Part shown: in pieces, positions 7,583 through 16,417 of the stretch
Layout: the number at the start of each line of letters is the position of its first letter
Position numbering within the stretch: position 1 is the stretch's first letter
From: an uncultured Candidatus Saccharibacteria bacterium
Lineage (GTDB): Bacteria > Patescibacteriota > Minisyncoccia > Phycocordibacterales > DATGWK01
Direction: 5' to 3'
Assembly: GCA_964367845.1 (NCBI GenBank)
Contig: CAYIYW010000006.1
Coordinates: forward strand, 1-27,394
Length of the DNA: 27,394 bases
The notes under the pieces: model-generated
What the model was told of the DNA's origin: nothing
Database searches by the model: none
The model's input: the letters and a program-made list of their open reading frames with translations, nothing else
Program-made: the position numbers and the translations under genes

Positions 7583-8017
7583 ATGGGAAAACGAGCAATA
7601 AAAACTGGAGATGCCTCAACCGAGGCACCAGAAGTTAAAAAGGTTGAGAACGCCGTTTCCACAAAACGGAAAATTGAAAGCGCCCGTCTTTGCGTTGAAT
7701 CAACCTACAATAATACCAAACTGGTTTTGACCGATATGAGCGGTAATGCCATCGCCTCGCTGTCAAGCGGTGCTCTCGGTTTCGCCGGCGCAAAGAAGGG
7801 AACACCGTTCGCGGCGGCAAAAGTCGGTGAAGCCCTCGCTCTTAAGGCCCAAGCCGTGGGTGTGAAGGAAATCACTGTCTTCGTCAGAGGCGTCGGCTCC
7901 GGACGGGAAGCGGCAATCCGAGGATTTGTTTCAAGGGGCACGGCCATCAAGTCAATTTCCGACATCACGCCGGTGCCACATAACGGCCCCAAGCCACCCA
8001 GACCTCGTCGGGTCTAA
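7583..8017 (+). CDS. rpsK: 30S ribosomal protein S11
   Basis: STYNNT, GAKKGTPFAA, VRGVGSGREAAIR, DITPVPHNGPKPPRPRRV. Confidence 0.97.
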   Translation: MGKRAIKTGDASTEAPEVKKVENAVSTKRKIESARLCVESTYNNTKLVLTDMSGNAIASLSSGALGFAGAKKGTPFAAAKVGEALALKAQAVGVKEITVFVRGVGSGREAAIRGFVSRGTAIKSISDITPVPHNGPKPPRPRRV

Positions 8018-8025
8018 AAATCGCC

Positions 8026-8640
8026 ATGATTATCGGACCAAAATACAAAATTGCCCGTCGCCTGAATGCGCCTGTGTTTGAGAAAACACAGTCGCAAAAA
8101 TTCGCGTTGTCTCAGGCCCGAAAATCCAAAAAAAGCGTTAGCCGCGGTCCAAGGCAAAAATCCGCTTACGGAGAACAAATGATAGAGAAGCAAAAAGCCA
8201 GATTTACATATCTGTTAAGCGAAAAACAATTCTCCAATTATGTCAGGAAGGCAATCGCCGGAAAGGATAGCACCGTGCCGACTTTATTTGGGTTGCTTGA
8301 AGGCCGTTTGGATAACGTCGTGTACCGAATCGGTCTTGCCACGACGAGGTCGGGCGCCCGCCAGATGACCTCGCACGGTCATGTCACGGTCAACGGCAAA
8401 AGAGTGAACATTCCGTCCTTTCGGGTTTCGGAGGGCGATATCATCAGTGTCCGAGAAGGCAGTGCAAAAAAACCATTGTTTGCCGGCGCTTCGGAACGAA
8501 TGAGAAATTTCACTCCGCCGATTTGGATTAAAACCGATCCGGAGAAAATTCAGGCCGTCATCATCGGAAAGCCGTCAATGGTGAGCAGGACTGACGCCCT
8601 GTTTGACCTGAATTTGGTGATTGAGTTTTATAGTCGTTAA
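8026..8640 (+). CDS. rpsD: 30S ribosomal protein S4
   Basis: GPKYKIARRL, EKQKAR, LEGRLDNVVYRIG, ARQMTSHGHVTVNG, IEFYSR. Confidence 0.97.
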   Translation: MIIGPKYKIARRLNAPVFEKTQSQKFALSQARKSKKSVSRGPRQKSAYGEQMIEKQKARFTYLLSEKQFSNYVRKAIAGKDSTVPTLFGLLEGRLDNVVYRIGLATTRSGARQMTSHGHVTVNGKRVNIPSFRVSEGDIISVREGSAKKPLFAGASERMRNFTPPIWIKTDPEKIQAVIIGKPSMVSRTDALFDLNLVIEFYSR

Positions 8641-8662
8641 TTTATTATTTTTTTATATTTTT

Positions 8663-9619
8663 ATGATTCACCATTCAATTGTTCTACCTTCAAAGCCAAA
8701 GGTTGTCAGCGAGAACGGCTTCGTAGGCATATATGAGATTGACGGTTTTTACCCGGGCTTCGGCCATACTTTGGGTAACTCATTGCGCCGAATGATTTTG
8801 TCGTCTCTGCCCGGAGCGTCAATCACTTCCGTCAAAATCGCCACCGTCAACCACGAATTTTCCACCATTAGCGGGGTAAAAGAGGATGTCATAACTCTGC
8901 TTTTAAACCTGAAGAAAATACGGATAAACATGCTGACCGATGAACCCCAAACGCTCGTTCTGAAAATTAAGGGCATCCAAGAAATTAAGGCCGGTGATAT
9001 AAAAGCGCCCGGCCAAGTGACAATTCTCAATCCGGAATTAATCGTCGCCCACACAACTGAAAAAAATTCCGAACTTTCAATGGAAATCACGGTTGAAAAA
9101 GGTCTGGGATTTGTTTCCAAGGAATCGTTGCAGAAAAACCGAGTGGATATCGGCACAATCGCCGTTGACGCCGTTTTTACGCCAATTAAAAAGGTCAGCT
9201 ATGAGGTTGAGAATATGCGAGTCGGCGACCGAACTGATTTCAATCGTCTACGAATCAATATTGAGACCGACGGTTCAATCACGCCACGCGAGGCCCTTGA
9301 AAAAGCAATTGAAATAATGATTCATCAACTCAAAGCCATCGTCGGCTTTAAAGAGGAAGCGCCGATTCCAAGCGACAACGCCACCGCCAAGGACTCCAAA
9401 GGAGAAAAGGAATTAGACCAAGAATTCCTTAAGACCAGAATTGAGACCATGGAGCTCTCCCAGAGAACAATAAATGCCTTGACGGCGGTCAATATTAGAA
9501 CGGTCGGCGGTTTAGTCAGAAAGAGCAAGAATGATATTTTGGAAATTGACGGTCTGGGCGCCAAAGGTATCGGTGAGATAAAGAAGGTTCTGGGCGATTT
9601 TGGGGTCTCACTTAAATAA
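8663..9619 (+). CDS. rpoA: RNA polymerase alpha subunit
   Basis: GFGHTLGNSLRRMILSS, HEFSTISGVKEDV, YEVENMRVGDRTDFNRL, and the alpha-CTD. ATG 8663 follows a 22-nt all-A/T, T-rich spacer. Confidence 0.97.
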   Translation: MIHHSIVLPSKPKVVSENGFVGIYEIDGFYPGFGHTLGNSLRRMILSSLPGASITSVKIATVNHEFSTISGVKEDVITLLLNLKKIRINMLTDEPQTLVLKIKGIQEIKAGDIKAPGQVTILNPELIVAHTTEKNSELSMEITVEKGLGFVSKESLQKNRVDIGTIAVDAVFTPIKKVSYEVENMRVGDRTDFNRLRINIETDGSITPREALEKAIEIMIHQLKAIVGFKEEAPIPSDNATAKDSKGEKELDQEFLKTRIETMELSQRTINALTAVNIRTVGGLVRKSKNDILEIDGLGAKGIGEIKKVLGDFGVSLK

Positions 9620-9631
9620 TTAAACGAGATG

Positions 9632-9640
9632 TGTTATAGT
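9632..9640 (+). promoter_or_regulatory. Internal extended -10 promoter TGTTATAGT upstream of rplQ
   Basis: TGn-TATAGT in the 35-nt rpoA-rplQ gap, 14 nt before ATG 9655. Confidence 0.6.
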
Positions 9641-9654
9641 GTCATGCCACCGCG

Positions 9655-10002
9655 ATGAGACATCATAGCAAAATAAAAAAATTCGGAAGAGAACGGAACC
9701 AGCGACATGCTCTGATTCGGTCACTCGCCGTATCTCTCGTCAGAGATGGCAAAATCAAATCAACCGAACAAAAGGCAAAGGCCTTAAGGCCATTCATTGA
9801 AAGATTGGTGACAAACGGGAAAAAAAAGACCCTGGCCGCCCGACGCGGCATTGCCAATGAAATCGGCGACAAAAGCGCGGGACTGATTGTTAAAACAATC
9901 AGTCCAAAATATAGCGACCGGAACGGCGGTTACACCAGAGTTACAAAACTTGTCCGACGGGCAAGCGACGGAGCGAAACAAGCGATAATTGAATTTGTGT
10001 AA
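9655..10002 (+). CDS. rplQ: 50S ribosomal protein L17
   Basis: MRHHSKIKKFGR, TEQKAKALRPFIERLVT, RNGGYTR. Confidence 0.97.
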   Translation: MRHHSKIKKFGRERNQRHALIRSLAVSLVRDGKIKSTEQKAKALRPFIERLVTNGKKKTLAARRGIANEIGDKSAGLIVKTISPKYSDRNGGYTRVTKLVRRASDGAKQAIIEFV

Positions 10003-10003
10003 T

Positions 10004-10348
10004 ATGAAATACACTATTGATTCAACCAATAAGTCCATCGGCCGAGTCGCCAGCGAGGCGGCAACTGTTCTGATGGGCAAAAAAACGACAGGATACGCGC
10101 GAAATATCATCGCCCCCGTTGAAGTCCACATTACCAATGCCGCCAAAGTAAAAATGAGCTCTAAAAAATTGTCTGACACGGTTTTTAAGCATCACACGGG
10201 CTATCGCGGCGGTCTTAAGGAAATGGCCTTGAGTCAATTTTTGAAGGAAAAGGGTTACCGAGAGCTTTTCAGGAAAACGGTTTACGGGATGCTTCCAACC
10301 AACAAATTGCGTCCAAAAATGATTAAAAACCTTTATATTACCGAATAA
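10004..10348 (+). CDS. rplM: 50S ribosomal protein L13, short (114 aa)
   Basis: IDSTNKSIGRVAS, HTGYRGGLK, VYGMLPTNKLR. ATG 10004 lies 1 nt after the rplQ stop. Confidence 0.95.
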   Translation: MKYTIDSTNKSIGRVASEAATVLMGKKTTGYARNIIAPVEVHITNAAKVKMSSKKLSDTVFKHHTGYRGGLKEMALSQFLKEKGYRELFRKTVYGMLPTNKLRPKMIKNLYITE

Positions 10349-10351
10349 AAA

Positions 10352-10780
10352 GTGAATACACCTGAAATAAAAAAGAACACAGCGGACAGTGACAGATATG
10401 TGGAGGCCGTTGGCCGACGAAAGACAGCTATTGCCCGAGTTCGGCTTTTTGAAACGACCAAGACCTCTTTCCTCGTAAACGACCAAAACCTTGCAACTTA
10501 TTTCCCGACCGAACAACTTCAGGTCACCGTCAAGGAACCATTTACAAAAGTCAAATTGTCCGCAAAGTTTAAGGTTCTGGCTCACATCAATGGTGGCGGA
10601 ATCAGCGCTCAAGCCGAAGCTCTTCGCCACGGCATTTCAAGGGCCATCATCTTATACGACCAAACGCTTAGAAAGGAAATCAAACATTTTGGATTTCTGA
10701 AACGGGACCCGCGAGCCAAGGAGAGACGCAAGTTCGGTCTGAAAAAAGCGCGCAAATCCCCGCAGTGGTCAAAGCGATAA
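10352..10780 (+). CDS. rpsI: 30S ribosomal protein S9
   Basis: GRRKTAIARV, GGGISAQAEALRHGISRA, RDPRAKERRKFGLKKARKSPQWSKR. GTG start. Confidence 0.97.
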   Translation: MNTPEIKKNTADSDRYVEAVGRRKTAIARVRLFETTKTSFLVNDQNLATYFPTEQLQVTVKEPFTKVKLSAKFKVLAHINGGGISAQAEALRHGISRAIILYDQTLRKEIKHFGFLKRDPRAKERRKFGLKKARKSPQWSKR

Positions 10781-10786
10781 CGCCTT

Positions 10787-11407
10787 ATGGAGAATCCGAG
10801 GGACAAAAAAAAAATAGATACTGAAAATCAAAACCAAAACCCGCCAATTCCCGAAGAACTGAAATTTGAGCCCGAAATCGCCGATAACGGTGAGTATCCG
10901 AATCAGCAAAAAGACCTGATTGCCGAATTACGGAAGAAACTTAAAAAAAGTGAGGACGAAAAAAAGGAATACCTTTTGGGCTGGCAAAGGGCCAAAGCCG
11001 ATTACATAAATTCTCGGAGGCAAGACGAGCAGGACAACGAATTAGTGGTCAAGTTTGCAGAAGCCAAATTGCTTTCTGAATTGGTGCCCGTGCTTGACAG
11101 CTTTGATATCGCCTTTGCCAGCAAGGAAAAAACGACTGAACTGCCAAAAGAATGGGAAAGGGGAGTGGAACAAATTCGCAATCAGCTTCGCTCCGTTCTT
11201 CAGGAGCACAAATTGGAGATAATTGACCCTGCGGGGAGGCCGTTTGACCCTCGCGAGGCCGAGACAATCGGGTTTGTTGATACAGGAAATTCCGACGAGG
11301 ATGATATGGTTATTTCAGTTATTCAAAAGGGTTATAAATTGCACGAGCGAGTGCTTCGTCCGGCCAAAGTCAGAGTGGCTAAACATTCGGGACCGGAAAG
11401 GACTTGA
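10787..11407 (+). CDS. grpE: Nucleotide exchange factor GrpE
   Basis: QRAKADYINSRR, LVPVLDSF, FDPREAE, VIQKGYKLHERVLRPAKVRV. Confidence 0.95.
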   Translation: MENPRDKKKIDTENQNQNPPIPEELKFEPEIADNGEYPNQQKDLIAELRKKLKKSEDEKKEYLLGWQRAKADYINSRRQDEQDNELVVKFAEAKLLSELVPVLDSFDIAFASKEKTTELPKEWERGVEQIRNQLRSVLQEHKLEIIDPAGRPFDPREAETIGFVDTGNSDEDDMVISVIQKGYKLHERVLRPAKVRVAKHSGPERT

Positions 11408-11432
11408 AATCAATCGGCTGGACGAATATACT
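11404..11432 (+). promoter_or_regulatory. sigma70 promoter for dnaK: TTGAAA-N17-TATACT
   Basis: -35 at 11404-11409 (overlapping the grpE TGA), 17-nt spacer, -10 at 11427-11432. Confidence 0.7.
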
Positions 11433-11473
11433 TTTCACACATTAAGATTATTTATTAAATAAACAAAAGAACC

Positions 11474-13396
11474 ATGGCTAAAATAATCGGAATTGATCTC
11501 GGAACAACAAATTCGGCTGTTGCCGTCATGGATATGGGTGGCCCAAAAATCCTTGAGAATTCGGAAGGTGGCAGAACGACTCCGTCCATCGTCGCGACAT
11601 CCAAAACAGGCGAACGATTGGTCGGCTTGCTTGCCAGACGACAGTCGGTGACAAATCCAAAGGGAACGATTACGGGCATAAAACGATTCATCGGACATAT
11701 CTTTGACGACCCGGCGGTTCAGCGCGACCGGGCAAATGTTCCGTACGAGGTGGTGAAGAGCGCCAACAGCGGTGTCCTCGCAAAAATGTCCGGCAAAGAT
11801 TATCGGCCGGAAGAAATTTCTGCGATGATTCTCGCCAAGCTCAAGGCCGATGCTGAAGCCAAACTTGGCGGAAAAATTACAGAGGCGGTTATCACTGTTC
11901 CGGCCTACTTTAACGACGCCCAAAGAAAAGCCACGAAGGACGCCGGTCAAATCGCCGGTCTTGATGTTAAAAGAATCATCAACGAGCCGACGGCGGCCGC
12001 CCTTGCCTACGGTTTCAATAAAAAGAAAGAGGAGAAAATCGCCGTCTTTGATTTTGGAGGCGGAACATTTGACATTTCAATACTGGAAGTCGGCGATGAA
12101 GTCGTGGAGGTCAAGTCAACCGACGGCGATAGTCACTTGGGGGGTCGGGATATTGACCAGAAAATAATCAATTGGCTGGCCGACCAATTCAAGAAGGAAC
12201 AGGGCATTGATTTGCGCTCGGATGCCTTTGCCCTCCAACGACTGGACGAAGCGGCTGAAAAGGCCAAAATTGAGCTTTCTACGGCCGTTGAAACAGAAAT
12301 CAATATTCCTTTCATTACTTCAGACGCTTCCGGACCAAAACATTTTGTCCTGAAAATGACTCGGGCGAAACTTGAAGAACTCACGGCCGAGTTCATAGAC
12401 CGAGCGTTGATGATTACCAAACGGGCAATGGAGGCCTCGCCGTTCAAGGTTGGAGAACTCAACGAGGTTATCCTCGTCGGTGGCCAGACGCGAATGCCCA
12501 AAATTGTTGAGGAGGTCAAAAAATTCTTCGGTAAGGAACCGAACAAATCCATCAATCCCGATGAGGTTGTGGCTCTTGGAGCGGCGATTCAGGGTGGCAT
12601 TATCACCGGCGACGTTAAAGATATTTTGCTCCTTGACGTTATTCCGCTTTCGCTCGGTATTGAGACCATGGGCGGAGTGGCGACAAAACTTATTGAAAAA
12701 AATACGACGGTTCCGGCTTCAAAATCGCAAATCTTTTCAACCGCCTCCGACAATCAGACATCGGTTGAAATCCATGTCCTACAGGGCGAGAGGCCAATGG
12801 CCACCGACAATAAAAGTTTGGGGCGCTTCATTCTTGACGGTATTCCTACATCGCCCCGCGGTATGCCACAGGTTGAAGTTACTTTTGACATAGACGCAAA
12901 CGGCATCTTGAGTGTTAAAGCCAAGGACAAAGCAAGCAATCGCGAGCAATCAATTCGGATTGAGGCCAGCTCCGGTCTTTCCAAGGACGACATAGAAAAA
13001 ATGAAACGAGAGGCCGATGTCCATGCCGAGGAAGACAGGAAGAAAAAAGAGACGGCCGAATCCAGAAATATCGCCGAGCAACTTATTTATGTCGCCGAAA
13101 AGTCCCTGACCGATGCCGGAGCCAAAGTGCCTGACAACGTAAAAAAAACCATAACCGAAAAGGTAGACGCCCTTAAAAAAATAAAGGAGACAGGTGACGC
13201 TGATGCGATAAAGAAGGCCACCGCCGAGCTTTCGGCGGAAACCCAAAAAATCGGTCAGTATGTATCGCAAAATAATACCCAGGGCGGACAGACAGCCGGC
13301 GGTCCGACAGAAGGAAATCCCGCCGACGGAAATTCAAAAGACAATGTCCGCGATGCGGAATTCAAGGAAAAACCTGACGACACTCCACCGAAATAA
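11474..13396 (+). CDS. dnaK: Chaperone DnaK (Hsp70)
   Basis: [60 protein letters not shown]. Confidence 0.99.
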   Translation: MAKIIGIDLGTTNSAVAVMDMGGPKILENSEGGRTTPSIVATSKTGERLVGLLARRQSVTNPKGTITGIKRFIGHIFDDPAVQRDRANVPYEVVKSANSGVLAKMSGKDYRPEEISAMILAKLKADAEAKLGGKITEAVITVPAYFNDAQRKATKDAGQIAGLDVKRIINEPTAAALAYGFNKKKEEKIAVFDFGGGTFDISILEVGDEVVEVKSTDGDSHLGGRDIDQKIINWLADQFKKEQGIDLRSDAFALQRLDEAAEKAKIELSTAVETEINIPFITSDASGPKHFVLKMTRAKLEELTAEFIDRALMITKRAMEASPFKVGELNEVILVGGQTRMPKIVEEVKKFFGKEPNKSINPDEVVALGAAIQGGIITGDVKDILLLDVIPLSLGIETMGGVATKLIEKNTTVPASKSQIFSTASDNQTSVEIHVLQGERPMATDNKSLGRFILDGIPTSPRGMPQVEVTFDIDANGILSVKAKDKASNREQSIRIEASSGLSKDDIEKMKREADVHAEEDRKKKETAESRNIAEQLIYVAEKSLTDAGAKVPDNVKKTITEKVDALKKIKETGDADAIKKATAELSAETQKIGQYVSQNNTQGGQTAGGPTEGNPADGNSKDNVRDAEFKEKPDDTPPK

Positions 13397-13443
13397 AAAA
13401 ATGGTGGCGGGGCTAAACATTAAAATAGGCGCATCAAAATAAA

Positions 13444-14529
13444 ATGGCTAAAGATTATTATCAAATCCTCGGCATAGATAAAAAGGCGTCAAAGGATGAT
13501 GTGAAAAAGGCCTTTAGGACGCTTGCTCACAAACATCATCCGGACAAAAAGGGCGGTGACGAGGCAAAATTCAAGGAAATAAACGAGGCATACACCGTGC
13601 TGTCCGACGAGAAAAAACGCGCCGAGTATGACGCGTACGGCCGAGTTTTTTCCGACGGCCAAGGTCCGGGCTCCGGCGCCGGCCAAAACGGCGGGTTTGG
13701 CGGTTTTGATTTTTCTCAATTCACTCAAGGCGGGAACGGATTCGGCGATATGAATTTTGGCGATATTTTTTCCGATTTCTTCGGGGGAGGCAGGGGCGAG
13801 CGTTCGCGGCGCGGGCGCGATATTTCCATTGACGCCGAACTGTCATTTGAAGAAGCAATTTTCGGCGTAACGAGAAAAATTCTGTTGAACAAAACCTCAA
13901 CCTGCCGGACATGCAATGGTTCAGGCGGAGCACCGGGAACCCAACTATCCACCTGCAAGACCTGCAACGGCAAAGGCAAAATTCGGGAGGTTAGGGGAAC
14001 TATTTTGGGTTCTTTTGCGACCGAACGAGTATGCGGCGCGTGCCACGGCAACGGCAAGGTTCCAAATGAAAAATGTAAGACCTGCGGCGGAGCCGGCGTT
14101 ACCCGCCAGGAAAATGAAATCAGCGTTAAAATTCCGGCTGGAATAGAGAACGGCGAAATGATTAGGTTGACAGCGGCCGGAGAAAGCGTTTCCGGCGGCT
14201 CGCCGGGCGATTTGTATATAAAAGTTCACGTTAAAAGACATCCTGTTTTTAGAAAGGAAGGGTTGAACCTGCTCACCGACCTAAAAGTAAAACTTTCCGA
14301 CGCGCTTCTCGGCGCCGAGTATTCATTAAAAACACTTGACGGTAATGTGGCGATAAAAATTCCCGCCCACATATCTTTCGGCGAGGTCTTGCGAATCAAG
14401 GGCAAAGGCGTACCGAGCGACCGAGGCCACAGGGGCGACCTGATGGTCAGAATTATCATTGAACTGCCGCAGACCCTCTCCCGCGAAGCCCGCAAAAAAA
14501 TTGAGGAGTTGAAAAGAGAGGGGGTGTAG
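13444..14529 (+). CDS. dnaJ: Chaperone DnaJ
   Basis: J-domain with HPD, G/F-rich region, four CxxCxGxG repeats, C-terminal domains. Confidence 0.98.
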   Translation: MAKDYYQILGIDKKASKDDVKKAFRTLAHKHHPDKKGGDEAKFKEINEAYTVLSDEKKRAEYDAYGRVFSDGQGPGSGAGQNGGFGGFDFSQFTQGGNGFGDMNFGDIFSDFFGGGRGERSRRGRDISIDAELSFEEAIFGVTRKILLNKTSTCRTCNGSGGAPGTQLSTCKTCNGKGKIREVRGTILGSFATERVCGACHGNGKVPNEKCKTCGGAGVTRQENEISVKIPAGIENGEMIRLTAAGESVSGGSPGDLYIKVHVKRHPVFRKEGLNLLTDLKVKLSDALLGAEYSLKTLDGNVAIKIPAHISFGEVLRIKGKGVPSDRGHRGDLMVRIIIELPQTLSREARKKIEELKREGV

Positions 14530-14581
14530 GTCTCAGTCAATTAGTTAAAATCCGCAATTGAAAAACGCCCAACCAGTGGTT

Positions 14582-14609
14582 ATCGGGCTATTTCTTTTAG
14601 CCCGATTTT
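14582..14609 (+). terminator. Probable intrinsic terminator after dnaJ
   Basis: Perfect 9-bp stem ATCGGGCTA / TAGCCCGAT with a 7-nt loop; short T run at 14606-14609. Confidence 0.55.
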
Positions 14610-14611
14610 CC

Positions 14612-14620
14612 TGTTATTAT
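14612..14620 (+). promoter_or_regulatory. Extended -10 promoter TGTTATTAT, 7 nt before the trpS ATG
   Basis: TGn-TATTAT followed by ATTGTTC-ATG(14628). Confidence 0.65.
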
Positions 14621-14627
14621 ATTGTTC

Positions 14628-15647
14628 ATGACCCCTTCAAAAACCTTTGTTTCCGGCATTAAACCAACCGGCCGGCTTCATATCGGCAACTATTTTGGCG
14701 CGGTAGGACAGTTCATAAAATTAAGTGAGGACCATGAGTCCTTTGTTTTTGTCGCTGACCTCCACGCTCTAACGTCTCTCCATAATCCTGAAGAGCTACG
14801 AAAAAACATCCTGAGTGTGGCGATTGACTATATTGCCCTTGGTCTTGACCCCCAAAAAACAACTATTTTCCTCCAATCAACAGTGCCGGCTCACACCGAA
14901 CTGGCTTGGATTTTCAACTGCATCACCACAATGCCGTATCTCATGCGCGCACACGCTTTTAAGGACGCCGAGGCCAAAAACAAGGAAATAAGCGTCGGGG
15001 TTTTTGATTATCCACTTCTCATGGCGGCCGACATTTTGCTTTATGACGCCGATATCGTGCCGGTTGGCCATGACCAAAAACAACATGTGGAAATCGCGCG
15101 GGACACGGCCCAAAAGTTTAATCGGACATTTGCCGACAGTAATGGTTCTAGCAACAGCGATGGTTCTAACGGCGGCGACATTTTCAAACTGCCCGAACCG
15201 CTTATCTTAGATGACGTCGGTGTTGTTCCCGGCATAGACGGCCAGAAAATGAGCAAAAGTCACAACAACACCATCGGACTTTTTGACAGTGACGCCGAGA
15301 TAAAAACAGCGGTTATGAAAATCCCGACGGATTCAAAGGGGGTCAACGAGCCAAAGGACCCAACGACTTGCAAAATTTTTGCCCTCCATAAATTGTTTGC
15401 GGATAAGGCCGAACTTGAAAATCTTCGCGAAAAATATGTCGGTGCCAAAATCGGCTACAAAGAATCAAAGGAGCTTCTCGCCGCCAACATTTCCCGTTTC
15501 GTGTCGCCGCTTCGCGAGAAAAGAGCCGAGATTGCTTTGAACCCCGAGTCCGTGCTCAAAATTTTAAGAGAGGGCGCCGAGAAAGCGCGGGAAAAATCCG
15601 AAAAGAAAATGGCGGTTGTAAGGAAAGCGTTGGGAATTTCCATTTAG
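14628..15647 (+). CDS. trpS: Tryptophan--tRNA ligase
   Basis: SGIKPTGRLHIGNY, YPLLMAADIL, VPVGHDQKQH, KMSKS. ATG 14628 is preferred over TTG 14622. Confidence 0.97.
   Translation: MTPSKTFVSGIKPTGRLHIGNYFGAVGQFIKLSEDHESFVFVADLHALTSLHNPEELRKNILSVAIDYIALGLDPQKTTIFLQSTVPAHTELAWIFNCITTMPYLMRAHAFKDAEAKNKEISVGVFDYPLLMAADILLYDADIVPVGHDQKQHVEIARDTAQKFNRTFADSNGSSNSDGSNGGDIFKLPEPLILDDVGVVPGIDGQKMSKSHNNTIGLFDSDAEIKTAVMKIPTDSKGVNEPKDPTTCKIFALHKLFADKAELENLREKYVGAKIGYKESKELLAANISRFVSPLREKRAEIALNPESVLKILREGAEKAREKSEKKMAVVRKALGISI
15136..15171 (+). repeat. Imperfect 18-nt tandem duplication inside trpS
   Basis: ACAGTAATGGTTCTAGCA / ACAGCGATGGTTCTAACG, encoding the DSNGSSNSDGSNGG insert. Confidence 0.6.
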
Positions 15648-15665
15648 CGCTATATAGAGCTAAAT
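15642..15665. repeat. 24-bp near-perfect palindrome between trpS and scpA
   Basis: ATTTAGCGCTAT|ATAGAGCTAAAT; 11 of 12 positions pair (one G.A mismatch). Confidence 0.65.
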
Positions 15666-15682
15666 TAATTCATAAAGGTTAA

Positions 15683-16405
15683 ATGGCATTTGAAATAAGG
15701 ACTGAACATTTTAACGGGCCATTTGACCTCCTGCTTGACCTCATTGAGCGTCGGAAATTCCTTATCAATGAGATTTCCCTAGCTAAAGTTACGGATGATT
15801 TTATCGCTTATATTGGCTCTCAAGAAAATTTTCCGATGGGCGAGAGTGCCCGCTTTATTTTAGTTGCTGCCACTTTGGTACTGATAAAGTCCAAATCGCT
15901 TCTGCCGACGCTGGAACTGTCCTCGGACGAGCAAGGCGACATCAAGTCATTGGAAATTCGGCTCGCAATGTATAGAAGAATACGCGAGGCGGGAGTCGGC
16001 TTGCAGGAACGATACGGAACGGTTTTACTTTTTGCTCCCGAGCAGAGAAATTTCGTGAAAACGGTTTTCGCGCCCGGCAATTTGTCTCGCGCAGGTATTA
16101 TGAGCGCGATTCAGAGAGTTGTCGCTCAAATTCCGAGAGTTGAAAAACTGCCGAAGGCCGTAGTTCAGAAAGTCATTAGTTTGGAAACCATGATAGAAAA
16201 ACTCACGAAGCGCGTGGAACAGAGTTTGAAAATAAATTTCCGAGAATTCTCCGGACGCGGGAAATCCGAAAAAATTAATGTTATAGTTGGATTTCTGGCG
16301 ATGCTTGAGCTCATAAAACGCGGCATCATCAAGGTTGAACAAAAAACGGCCTTTGATGAAATTGAGATGGAGACCGGCAGCATCGGCACTCCCAAATACA
16401 GTTAA
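15683..16405 (+). CDS. scpA: Segregation and condensation protein A (kleisin)
   Basis: FNGPFDLLLDLI, FILVAATLVLIKSKSLLP, GFLAMLELIKRGIIKVEQ. Confidence 0.93.
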   Translation: MAFEIRTEHFNGPFDLLLDLIERRKFLINEISLAKVTDDFIAYIGSQENFPMGESARFILVAATLVLIKSKSLLPTLELSSDEQGDIKSLEIRLAMYRRIREAGVGLQERYGTVLLFAPEQRNFVKTVFAPGNLSRAGIMSAIQRVVAQIPRVEKLPKAVVQKVISLETMIEKLTKRVEQSLKINFREFSGRGKSEKINVIVGFLAMLELIKRGIIKVEQKTAFDEIEMETGSIGTPKYS

Positions 16406-16417
16406 GAAAATTATTTT

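Noticed and set aside
10022-10630. 202-aa minus-strand ORF
   Set aside because: Antisense shadow of rplM and rpsI.
11403-11432. sigma32 promoter for dnaK (CTTGAAA at -35)
   Set aside because: No CCCCAT -10; TATACT at a 17-nt spacing fits sigma70.
11435-11950. 171-aa minus-strand ORF opposite dnaK, and other ORFs antisense to dnaK
   Set aside because: Long antisense frames opposite Hsp70 genes are a well-known codon-pattern artefact; no independent motifs or expression signals.
14530-14627. T-box or tRNA element upstream of trpS
   Set aside because: No T-box consensus or cloverleaf is recognisable, and the promoter position leaves no leader.
15644-15663. CIRCE element
   Set aside because: Half-sites match 7/9, but the spacer is 2 nt rather than 9 and the site is not at a chaperone gene; kept only as an unexplained palindrome.
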